This document shows, piece after piece, positions 10,116 to 19,079 of a stretch of 64,000 nucleotides of DNA. A model generated the notes under the pieces. It ran no database searches, had not been told where the DNA came from, and saw nothing but the letters and a program-made list of their open reading frames with translations. The DNA comes from an uncultured archaeon (GTDB lineage Archaea; Asgardarchaeota; Thorarchaeia; Thorarchaeales; Thorarchaeaceae). Position numbers and translations under genes: made by a program. The stretch spans positions 1 through 64,000 of the forward strand of contig CAYYQL010000008.1 of the NCBI GenBank assembly GCA_964473825.1, given 5' to 3'. Position 1 is the stretch's first letter; every line of letters begins with the position of its first letter.

Positions 10116-11306
10116 ATGAAACCGATTGAAGTCGTGAAAGACGTATACTGGGTTGGAGCAATCGACTATGACGTTCGCCATTTTCACGGGTACAGCTACA
10201 CCACACATCATGGCACAACGTATAATGCCTACTTGGTAGTTGGTGAGAAGATAGCTCTTGTAGACGCAGTGCTTGGTTCGTTCTCAGAAGAGATGTTCTC
10301 TAGGATATCTGAGATTGTTGAACCAGAGAAGATTGACTATATGATATCAAACCACACCGAGATGGACCATTCGGGAGCTGTGCCGGATGTTCTGAGGGCT
10401 ATGAAGAATGCCAAGCTCGTATGTACACCAAGAGCGGTGGACGAACTGAAGAAGCACTACGCTGACGGGTGGGATATCGAGACAGTAAGGACTGGTGATG
10501 AGATCGACCTAGGCGGAAAGACCCTCAGGTTTTATGAGGCGCCCATGTTGCACTGGCCCGAATCCATGTTTACCTATTACGTGGAGGAGGAGTTGCTCAT
10601 GCCCAATGATGCGTTCGGACAGCACTACGCCACGGAGAAGCGCTTTGCTGACCAGGTGGACCAACACATCCTCTGGAAAGAAGCGGAGAAATATTACGCA
10701 AATATTCTCTGGCCTCTTAGTTCCATGGTACAGCGGAAGATTGAGGAAGTCTTGGAGCTCGGGCTCCCCATAAAGATCATTGCCCCATCTCACGGTCTGA
10801 TTTGGAGGGAAAACCCCCTAGAGATTGTGACAAGGTATCTTGCCTGGGCCAAAGGGGAGAGAACCTCGGAGAAAGTCATAATCGCTTGGGACACGATGTG
10901 GGCGAGCACAACGAAACTGGCCCGAGCAATTGCTGAAGGAATCGACAGTGAAGGACTCACACCTTTGATGAGGTTGATACCGCACAACGATAGAAGCGAC
11001 ATCATGGCCGAGTTACTCGAAGCCAGGGGGATACTTGTTGGGAGTTCTACACTTCATAATGACATATTGCCGACTGTCGCACCGGTTCTGTCAGACTTCG
11101 AGGTCCTCAAACCAAAGGGCAAGAAAGCTGCAGCATTCGGTTCTTACGGGTGGGGCGGCGGAGCAGTGAAGAAAATTCAGGAATCGATGGAACACGGGAA
11201 AATGGACATTATAATGGAGCCCTTCACAGTGAAGTGGGTTCCGACTCCTGAAGAGCTCACAGATGCCTACGAGTTCGGTCGTGCATTTGCAAGATCGGTG
11301 AAGTAG
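10116..11306 (+). CDS. fprA: Flavodiiron protein (FprA family, O2/NO reductase)
   Basis: GTTYNAYL, NHTEMDHSG, LHWPESM, NDAFGQH, IAPSHG; flavodoxin domain with FGSYGWGGGA. Confidence 0.95.
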   Translation: MKPIEVVKDVYWVGAIDYDVRHFHGYSYTTHHGTTYNAYLVVGEKIALVDAVLGSFSEEMFSRISEIVEPEKIDYMISNHTEMDHSGAVPDVLRAMKNAKLVCTPRAVDELKKHYADGWDIETVRTGDEIDLGGKTLRFYEAPMLHWPESMFTYYVEEELLMPNDAFGQHYATEKRFADQVDQHILWKEAEKYYANILWPLSSMVQRKIEEVLELGLPIKIIAPSHGLIWRENPLEIVTRYLAWAKGERTSEKVIIAWDTMWASTTKLARAIAEGIDSEGLTPLMRLIPHNDRSDIMAELLEARGILVGSSTLHNDILPTVAPVLSDFEVLKPKGKKAAAFGSYGWGGGAVKKIQESMEHGKMDIIMEPFTVKWVPTPEELTDAYEFGRAFARSVK

Positions 11307-11394
11307 TTCCAGCCCGACACTCTACATTCAGGTGTAGTAGACATAAGGACAGGCGAGTGCTGGCCTGGCATCAGTGCTCCTCTTGATTTATAGG

Positions 11395-12300
11395 TCAGAA
11401 GCCAAGGATGACCACTGCTACACCTATAACGCTCATGATGGTGCCTAGAATCACCCGCGGGGTTACCCTTTCACCAAGGAACGGGACTGCAAAGGCAACC
11501 CCGAAGATTGGAGCCATCGAATCTAGCAGTGAGGTTATTGTCGCGCCTACATACTTTGTTGCAGTTGTATATAGAAGTGACCCAAAGCCAAAGCCGAATA
11601 GTGCTGCAACAGCGACAATGCCAGCAGCACGCCGGCCGGGCTTGGCCATGCCTTTCACTCTTGCCCCTGCGTAAATCGGCAGAAATGCAAGAGACCCGAA
11701 CACGGAACGGATGAAGTTGGCTGGCAATGGTTCCACTCCCTCAACTCCCACCTGAAGCAGGGTGACACCAACTGCATATCCTAAGAGAGCTAGCAATGCT
11801 AGAACGATGCCGATCACCCTATCAGCTTGTAGGCGGAACTCTTTGACAGACTCCTTGTTTCGTTCGTACGAGATGATCCCGATTCCAGCTACTGCCAGCA
11901 CGACGCCACCAAGCTTAGCCACCAATAACGCGTCTCCGAGAAAGGCGACGCTGAGAAGATAGGTCATGATTGGATACGAGTACGCAATGGGAAAGGCAAA
12001 TGCAACACCGATTCGGTCTTGTGCTTGGATATAGAGAGTGTCTGCAACAACTGGACCAACAATCGTAAGAGCGAGGATGAAGACAGTGTCGGTGGGAATT
12101 GAGAACGGGAATGCTCCATAGAAGATGAGCACCAGTGTTGTCATGAGTCCCAGAGTAATCCAGATCTTTATCCCACTCACTGCAATAGGTCGAATCTTTT
12201 CAGCCTGCGATTTGTAGACTGTGACGGAGGCTGCATAGAGTACGGCTTCCAAAAGCCCAGCCGATACCCCGATGAACAGAGCTTCTGAGGGCAGTGTCAT
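11395..12300 (-). CDS. DMT/EamA family transporter
   Basis: 10 TM in two repeats, ending FLGERVTPRVILGTIMSVIGV; start moved to ATG 12300 (MTLPSEALF). Confidence 0.85.
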   Translation of the reverse strand: MTLPSEALFIGVSAGLLEAVLYAASVTVYKSQAEKIRPIAVSGIKIWITLGLMTTLVLIFYGAFPFSIPTDTVFILALTIVGPVVADTLYIQAQDRIGVAFAFPIAYSYPIMTYLLSVAFLGDALLVAKLGGVVLAVAGIGIISYERNKESVKEFRLQADRVIGIVLALLALLGYAVGVTLLQVGVEGVEPLPANFIRSVFGSLAFLPIYAGARVKGMAKPGRRAAGIVAVAALFGFGFGSLLYTTATKYVGATITSLLDSMAPIFGVAFAVPFLGERVTPRVILGTIMSVIGVAVVILGF

Positions 12301-12569
12301 GGTATTTCGGATGGGATATCTGTCGACTAATACGCTCTTGGGTGTTGGCATCGTGCTTGCAAAGAGGTTTGCATCTGGAGCTTTTCTTAGACAAGACGCG
12401 AATCTGTTCTTTCGAACGACTGTTGTCATGGTCTGAGATAACGAATGTACAACCTCATACATTCGTCAAATGCCGAACGCAACTAAGACAGAACCGAAAA
12501 CGAGATAACTGTGAAGAGCAATCGTATTAGCGACTCGTTCGGTCGCGTGGCCGAAGAGGTGTTGGAAAA

Positions 12570-13424
12570 ATGAATGGAGATATGGATTTCAAGACGCTAG
12601 TCCTGTATCTGTCGTCAATAGCTTTGGCACTGTTCTACTTGGTTTACATGCCTTGGACAGCAATGTCAGCATTGACTCTTGGCATGTGGGAGTGGGTCTA
12701 CTACTTCTCACTTGTTCTGGGTCTGCTGTTTCCGTTGTTCTATGCCATTGATGAAAAGGAAATGTCCTGGTACTGTCTCGGACTAGGCATCTTGATAAAC
12801 GCGGTAATATGGATGGTCCTCGTGGCCGCCGAAACACTTGCAGCTCTCATGATCCTTCTTGTTGGCTTGTTCTTCTTCTTGACACCAATTTTGAAGAAAT
12901 ATATGTCAGACAATTGGGAGATGCTGAAGAATATCATCCACATCCTGATTGGCCTCTTTCTCATACTAGGGGCAGGCTTCCATGCCAATTGGGTTCTCGA
13001 TGATTTCGTGGGAAACACGAGCATCAACCACTACATGCCTCACTTCATCTTCATTGGAGGCGGTATTGCAGTGGTCTTTGGTGTCGTGCTCTTCATGTAC
13101 GGACTCCTTGATCTGCTCAAGATGTATACTGCAGGTGCCATAGGAGATGTCTTCGGGAAACTGAGCAAGGTCTTCTACATGCTGATGGTCCTAGTGTTCC
13201 TATTGGGAATCACATTCAATGTGACTTTCTACCTTGGAACGAATGCCTGGGGCGCAGCTAGCTTCCCAACTTCGATTGCATTCTTCTCGAACATGTCGGT
13301 ACTCGGCAATTCTAATCTGATTGCGATTCTGCTAATCATCCTCTATGTGTATGGCATGGGAAGAATAGTGGAAAAGAACGAAGAAGAAGAAGAAGAACCA
13401 GTCCAGCCGGCGACAGCCTACTAA
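12570..13424 (+). CDS. Polytopic membrane protein, unknown function
   Basis: About 8 hydrophobic segments; GAGGTG RBS upstream; T-rich tract downstream. Confidence 0.75.
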   Translation: MNGDMDFKTLVLYLSSIALALFYLVYMPWTAMSALTLGMWEWVYYFSLVLGLLFPLFYAIDEKEMSWYCLGLGILINAVIWMVLVAAETLAALMILLVGLFFFLTPILKKYMSDNWEMLKNIIHILIGLFLILGAGFHANWVLDDFVGNTSINHYMPHFIFIGGGIAVVFGVVLFMYGLLDLLKMYTAGAIGDVFGKLSKVFYMLMVLVFLLGITFNVTFYLGTNAWGAASFPTSIAFFSNMSVLGNSNLIAILLIILYVYGMGRIVEKNEEEEEEPVQPATAY

Positions 13425-13437
13425 GTACGTCGCCGCC

Positions 13438-13460
13438 TTTCCCTTTTTTTTATTTTTTTC
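13438..13460 (+). terminator. Oligo-T archaeal terminator
   Basis: TTTCCCTTTTTTTTATTTTTTTC shortly after the stop at 13424. Confidence 0.6.
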
Positions 13461-13596
13461 CTAGCTTGATATTGAGATAGAATGAGCAGGTTCCTTGGAT
13501 TCGACTTTGATACACTCAATACATGTGGTCTTGGATGGTGTGGGAGGTCACCGCGTTTCGAAATCCTTAGTAGACTCAAGAAACCAGACAAGTCGT

Positions 13597-14217
13597 ATGT
13601 ACGGACATGAAGTGTTCTCTGCAAACGCGTACAAGTTTCTCTACTACATCCGGCATCTCAATAAAGGGCATGATGTTGAGATGAGTGTTCTCGATTGTGG
13701 TGCAGGTGGTCCCCGCCCGCCACTCTCAATCTTCCATTTCTATGGGTTCGAGACCTTTGGTGTTGAGATCTCCCGCGAGAGCATCTCAGAGACCGAAGAG
13801 TTCTGCAGGAAGAACGGAATCGACTTGAACATCAAGCAGGGAGACATGCGGCAATTGCCCTTTGCAGACAAGTCCTTTGGCTATGTGTATTCACAGAACT
13901 CCATCTTTCACCTGAAAAAGTCTGATACTGTAAAGGCTATGAACGAGATGAAACGTGTACTGAGTCCTGAAGGTCTACTCTACGTGAACTTCCTTTCAGT
14001 TGACGACCAAGGATTCGGAGAAGGTGAAGCCGTCGGCTCAGGTGAGTGGCGGTCAACGGAACACGGTGAACCAACGATACACAGCTACTTCGAGACTTCT
14101 GAGCCAGACTCGTACTTCGAAGATATGGATATGCTCGTTAAGGAGATTGTAGTATCGGACCGAAGGGCAGTGGGCTACAAAATGGCTACCATAGAGTATA
14201 TTGCGAGAAAGGTGTAG
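13597..14217 (+). CDS. Class I SAM-dependent methyltransferase
   Basis: VLDCGAGG, GVEIS, GDMRQLPFADKSF, VLSPEGLLYV motifs; start refined to ATG 13597. Confidence 0.9.
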   Translation: MYGHEVFSANAYKFLYYIRHLNKGHDVEMSVLDCGAGGPRPPLSIFHFYGFETFGVEISRESISETEEFCRKNGIDLNIKQGDMRQLPFADKSFGYVYSQNSIFHLKKSDTVKAMNEMKRVLSPEGLLYVNFLSVDDQGFGEGEAVGSGEWRSTEHGEPTIHSYFETSEPDSYFEDMDMLVKEIVVSDRRAVGYKMATIEYIARKV

Positions 14218-14294
14218 TCCGTTCAGGCAGTCAATGATTCTTCACTGAATTCCGCTATCAGGTCATTCATTAGACTAGGGGAGGATAATATCTC

Positions 14295-14825
14295 ATGCGA
14301 AAAGCAACATTTGGTGGTGGCTGTTTCTGGTGTACAGAGGCGGTCTTTGAGAGACTGAAAGGTGTGAAATCAGTGACTTCAGGTTACGCTGGTGGCCACA
14401 CCAAGAATCCAAGCTACCAAGAGGTCTGCAGTGGTTCAACCGGCCATGCGGAGGTCACTCAAATTGAGTATGATCCTGATGTCATAAACTACGAGGACTT
14501 ACTCGAGATTTTCTTCGAAACCCACGATCCTACAACCCCCAATCGCCAGGGAAATGACGTAGGCACTCAGTACAGAAGCATAATTCTCTATCATGACGAA
14601 GAGCAAAGGAAGATTGCCGAGAGCATGATAGCGCAGTTGGAGAAGAGTGACAAGTTTGGTCGGGCGATTGTCACTGAGATTGAGCCTTTAGATGAGTTCT
14701 ACGAGGCTGAGGACTATCATCAAGACTTCTACAAGAGGAACCCAAATCAACAGTACTGCCGGTTTGTGATTCAGCCCAAACTCAATAAGGTTGAAGAAGT
14801 CTTCAAACTCAGACTGTCCGAGTAA
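14295..14825 (+). CDS. msrA: Peptide-methionine (S)-S-oxide reductase
   Basis: [40 protein letters not shown]. Confidence 0.97.
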   Translation: MRKATFGGGCFWCTEAVFERLKGVKSVTSGYAGGHTKNPSYQEVCSGSTGHAEVTQIEYDPDVINYEDLLEIFFETHDPTTPNRQGNDVGTQYRSIILYHDEEQRKIAESMIAQLEKSDKFGRAIVTEIEPLDEFYEAEDYHQDFYKRNPNQQYCRFVIQPKLNKVEEVFKLRLSE

Positions 14826-14888
14826 TCCCTCCATTTCTCGAATTCAGCCCCTTTGTGCCCCCGGCGAGGCGATCCATAGAATATAGGA

Positions 14889-15332
14889 TCATTTCTCGAA
14901 GCTCTTGAGCACTTCCATCATCTGTTCAAGGCTCCTTACAATCCCGCGAGAGGATTCGATTGCTCCCATAACATACTGATTCTTGTACATCCGCCCTAGA
15001 CCCTTTCGATCTGCCCGGATGTCTGTATACAAGCCGACGACGGGTATGCCTGATGCCCAAGCTACACCGATCTCACATGCAACACCTGCGTCGATTGGAA
15101 ATTGATCGATGCACGCTACGACGATGTCAGACTTGCGTATAGCCTCTGTGTCTACGCGGAATATCTCCTCGTTGGTAGGTGCTGATGCAAACGTCATTGG
15201 GGTTTCTTGGGGGAGAAAGACATCATAGCCCCTCTCCCTAAGAGCCTGAGCACATTTTGCATTAAACTCCCTGTCTGCCTCTGAAAATAGTGCATTGGCC
15301 CAGTAGATCTTCACTGATGTATGTGACATCAT
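14889..15332 (-). CDS. Nucleoside 2-deoxyribosyltransferase family protein
   Basis: IYWANALF...VFLPQE...D.EAIRKSDIVVA...DAGVACEIGVA..SGIPVVGL. Confidence 0.85.
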   Translation of the reverse strand: MMSHTSVKIYWANALFSEADREFNAKCAQALRERGYDVFLPQETPMTFASAPTNEEIFRVDTEAIRKSDIVVACIDQFPIDAGVACEIGVAWASGIPVVGLYTDIRADRKGLGRMYKNQYVMGAIESSRGIVRSLEQMMEVLKSFEK

Positions 15333-15626
15333 AGGTCGATTATCCCAGTGTGCACCAACAATATCAATGCTTCACATTCTCCTTTGGCACGAAGTCTGTA
15401 AACGCAATTTGAAATAGAGGAGATGCAGGCTGGAGGTTTTACACATTGAAATCCTCAAATAAGGTTTCAAATCTTTCCAATGTAAGATTCAGAGTAATAA
15501 TGTGAAGGTATCAGATGGTAAATACATGATTGAGATAGATCATTTCTAGATGATGATTTGTGCTGTCCTCTTTCTTAGTGGTATTCCTCGATATCGCCAA
15601 GATTCCATGACTAGAAATGCGATTGG

Positions 15627-15854
15627 TTAAGAATCTTCGAACTGTGTTTCAATCTGTTCGATATTGTTCCGTATCTCGTTTCCTCGGTTCACGAGTTTCT
15701 GGATTTTTTTTCGGTAGTCAGCAACATCCAGCACTCCGTTTTTTAGCTCGGACAGCAAATCAGTTCGTTGCTTGCGGATGTCCTCAAATGCCTTTCCCAG
15801 AGCCGCGTATCGTATTTTTAGCAAGGCCTTGTTCTGTATCGTTTTGGCTTCCAT
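15627..15854 (-). CDS. Small helical (coiled-coil hairpin) hypothetical protein
   Basis: GAGGGAG RBS upstream; amphipathic helical sequence. Confidence 0.55.
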   Translation of the reverse strand: MEAKTIQNKALLKIRYAALGKAFEDIRKQRTDLLSELKNGVLDVADYRKKIQKLVNRGNEIRNNIEQIETQFEDS

Positions 15855-15982
15855 CGCACACTCCCTCTGAGGATGTAGTTAATATGATATATGAGATGTG
15901 AATAGTGGCATATATAATGCTAATCCCGATGTAATGCCGAAGCATCATAGATTCTCTAGTAAAATGCGTCCAGTTTATTTGC

Positions 15983-16906
15983 ATGCAGGATCAGAACAAT
16001 AACGAGAAAGAGGAGCTGGATAAGTTGTCAGAGGATAGTTCAGAAATGACACCTAAGAAGGACCCTGCCGATCAGGAGCCTGAGTTTCCTGAAGCGGCAG
16101 ATGAGTTTGTAAGACAGAGTCGGAAGAGGCGACAAGAAGGTCATTCTGCTAGAAACAGGAAGAACAATGCTACATTCGCGAGTTTCCTCATCTGGGCAAT
16201 TTTCGTGATATTGTGGTTGTTCTTCTTTGCGGGCGGATTCGGGGTATTCGAGAACATCGCTATTGCGCTATCGTCGTTCTTACTGGTCGGCGGCATTGTC
16301 GGTGCGGTATGGACACCAAGTGGTGCGGGATGGCGACCCAATGTTTCAATCATGAGCGGAGTAATCTGGTTGGCCTTCATCATCCTGTGGCTTCCATTCT
16401 GGATGGAGAGTTTCACTCTATACCAGAACCTTGCTGTATTCCTTGGCTCAACACTGCTGCTCATTCTCGTGAACAGCAGTTCGTGGATCTCGGTTGCTCC
16501 AATCATGAGTGGGATGAAGAATCGTAATGCAGCCGGTAGTATTGTCTTCTTCATATGGATCATCCTCAGCATCTACTGGCTATGGGTCAAAGCCAGGGGA
16601 TACGTATGGGAACAGAATTTTGCCGTCGGAGTACTATCGTTGCTGATTGTGCTCATAGTGGAAACAGGCATCTTCAGACCATCCATAGAAACCTCAGGCG
16701 ACATAGTGAGCCCATATGTCCCGATTGGCCTACTTCTCGTTTGGCTGGCTACACTGTTCGTCTGGTTCTGGTTCTTCGGTGAACCATTCACGGGTTATCA
16801 GAACTTGGCCGTTCTCTTCGCCACAATGCTGCTCTACGGTGGACTTGGATATCTCTATTCAAGAAGTCGAAGAGACACAGTCGAAGATCTTGCATGGGAA
16901 GACTAG
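15983..16906 (+). CDS. Membrane protein with acidic N-tail and four internal 2-TM repeats
   Basis: Motif W-x6-W-x6-(F/Y)-x3-(Q/E)N-x-A occurs four times. Confidence 0.8.
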   Translation: MQDQNNNEKEELDKLSEDSSEMTPKKDPADQEPEFPEAADEFVRQSRKRRQEGHSARNRKNNATFASFLIWAIFVILWLFFFAGGFGVFENIAIALSSFLLVGGIVGAVWTPSGAGWRPNVSIMSGVIWLAFIILWLPFWMESFTLYQNLAVFLGSTLLLILVNSSSWISVAPIMSGMKNRNAAGSIVFFIWIILSIYWLWVKARGYVWEQNFAVGVLSLLIVLIVETGIFRPSIETSGDIVSPYVPIGLLLVWLATLFVWFWFFGEPFTGYQNLAVLFATMLLYGGLGYLYSRSRRDTVEDLAWED

Positions 16907-17076
16907 CACCGGATTGTGTGGATGTACGTCAGTGTGACTCGCTTATGATACGCTGGCATGCTATCCCTCTTTCTGCTTTTGATTGTTGGATAGTTACCAT
17001 GTAGTTAGCCGCTTCCCTTATGAAAACTACTTGCTTGATTAAGAGCATTCACTATCGTGAATACGAGAGGACAAAC

Positions 17077-17619
17077 ATGGTCATGCCAATTGGACCTTTA
17101 ATGATTGAGCACAGACTGATTGAACGGATGATTGTTCTTATGCAGTCGCAAATTGAACGCATCGGTAATACTGGTCAAGCAGATGTCCACTTCATCGCCA
17201 CTGCAGTTGACTTTATTCGTACCTACGCAGATGCATGTCATCACGGAAAGGAGGAGGACATCCTGTTCAGAGATCTACAGGAGAAGACCCTTGACCCCGA
17301 GGACGAACGTATCATGAATGAGCTCATCGAAGAGCATGAGTGGGCGAGAGAAACCACCGGGAAGCTGGTTAACGCTAGAATGCGATACGCTCAAGGTGAG
17401 AAAAACGAAGTAGATGAAATCATCGAGCTCATGGAGAATTTGGTCGAGTTCTACCCCAAACATATCCTCAAGGAGGATAGGGACTTTTTCAAATCCAGCA
17501 TGGAGTATTTCACACAGGAGGAACAGGATGGCATGCTTGATGAGGAGTACGAGTTTGACAGAAAGTTCATACACGATGTATATGAGAAGGTTGTAAAGGA
17601 CCTCGAAACAAGACTCTGA
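17077..17619 (+). CDS. Hemerythrin/HHE cation-binding domain protein
   Basis: LMIEHRLI, CHHGKEEDILF, LIEEHEWAR, HILKED; start refined to ATG 17077. Confidence 0.9.
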   Translation: MVMPIGPLMIEHRLIERMIVLMQSQIERIGNTGQADVHFIATAVDFIRTYADACHHGKEEDILFRDLQEKTLDPEDERIMNELIEEHEWARETTGKLVNARMRYAQGEKNEVDEIIELMENLVEFYPKHILKEDRDFFKSSMEYFTQEEQDGMLDEEYEFDRKFIHDVYEKVVKDLETRL

Positions 17620-17891
17620 ATACCGAGAAGGTCTACCGGAACTGGCAATGGTTCCCCCCTGTTCGAGGGACTCAGCCAAGTCATGCGGTACAGCCCCTGT
17701 CAAGGTCGGTCGTTCTTCAATATCCCTTATTGAAATCATGCGCATCAAAGAGCAGGAATCGACCCACTCGTTGATGAACCTAACTGGTGATAGCCTTTTT
17801 TAGGGGGGGTGTTGTCAGGTAGTCTAGTCAATAGGATTTGACTTTGAAACTCCGGGTTTCCGAAGAGGGAATTCGGGAGGAGAGAAGAAAT

Positions 17892-18941
17892 ATGAGTAAG
17901 AACCAAGTCATTGCGATAGCAATCATTGCAATCATTGGAGTGGCTGGTGTAGGTGTCTACTTCATGCTGCAACCAGTTCCCAACCCATACAATGTTGCGA
18001 TTGTGTTCGCGACAGGTGGTCTTGGAGATAAGTCCTTCAATGATGGCTGCTACGAGGGTGCGCTGAACGCGAAAGAAGACTACAATATCAACTTCACGTA
18101 TTCCGAACCCGATGATATCGCACAGTATGAAACATTCCTGAGGCGATATGCATCACATGCAGGATACATTGAACCTTTCGACCTTATCGTCAGTATCGGT
18201 TTTGATCAGGCTGATGCGGTGATGGCCGTGGCTGAGGACTACCCAGACCAACAGTTTGCAATAATAGACATGTTCATCGATCCGGCAGAGTACCCAAACG
18301 TAGCCTCCGTGCTCTTCACTGAGAATGAAGGAGCTGCGCTTGTAGGGGCAATTGCGGGAATGATGACTGAAACGAACAAGATCGGATTCTTGGGTGGAAT
18401 GGATATTCCTCTCATCAGGAAATTTGCCGCAGGATATGTGTATGGCGCTAACTTGACCAATTCTGGCATTGACCATGTTGAGTCATATGTTGGTGATTGG
18501 GCTGACATTGCCTTGGGCAAGAGCCTCACGGAGGGTATGTATAGCGGTGGTGCCGACATTGTATTTGCTGCTGCGGGTCGTTCTGGACTTGGTGCTTTCG
18601 AAGCAGCCAAGGAGGGCGAAGATGTCTGGGTGATTGGCGTTGACTCACCTCAGATGTATCTCGGAACCGCAGACCCCGATAATCCTGAACCCCCAACGGT
18701 CTGTTTGACATCATGTCTGAAGCGCGTTGATATGGCCATCTATGACATCATGTACGATGCAGTTCTTGGTTCATGGGATGGAGGTCTAATCTTCTATGAC
18801 CTTGAGAACGGTGGTCATGACTATGAGATCAATGAGGCACTTCTTGAGTTGCCTGATGATGTCATTGCCACGGTCGAGATGATAAAGACTGGAATCATCA
18901 ATGGTACTTATGTAGTGCCGGATGATGTCTACTGGACATAG
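17892..18941 (+). CDS. BMP family ABC transporter substrate-binding protein (nucleoside/purine type)
   Basis: GGLGDKSFND, GADIVFAAAGRSGLG, WVIGVDSPQ, KRVD; N-terminal TM anchor; start refined to ATG 17892. Confidence 0.92.
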   Translation: MSKNQVIAIAIIAIIGVAGVGVYFMLQPVPNPYNVAIVFATGGLGDKSFNDGCYEGALNAKEDYNINFTYSEPDDIAQYETFLRRYASHAGYIEPFDLIVSIGFDQADAVMAVAEDYPDQQFAIIDMFIDPAEYPNVASVLFTENEGAALVGAIAGMMTETNKIGFLGGMDIPLIRKFAAGYVYGANLTNSGIDHVESYVGDWADIALGKSLTEGMYSGGADIVFAAAGRSGLGAFEAAKEGEDVWVIGVDSPQMYLGTADPDNPEPPTVCLTSCLKRVDMAIYDIMYDAVLGSWDGGLIFYDLENGGHDYEINEALLELPDDVIATVEMIKTGIINGTYVVPDDVYWT

Positions 18942-18954
18942 GATAAAAATCAAT

Positions 18955-18992
18955 CAGAGGGGTCTATCCCCTCTGCATCTATTTGTTTTTCC
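18955..18992 (+). terminator. Stem-loop plus T tract after BMP gene
   Basis: CAGAGGGG-tctat-CCCCTCTG followed by catctatttgtttttcc. Confidence 0.6.
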
Positions 18993-19079
18993 AATCTACT
19001 TCGAGGGTTGTCTTTGATACCTTATTGTTAAATACCGCCGCGGTGCGATATTCGAACATGATGCGATGCATCATGCCAA

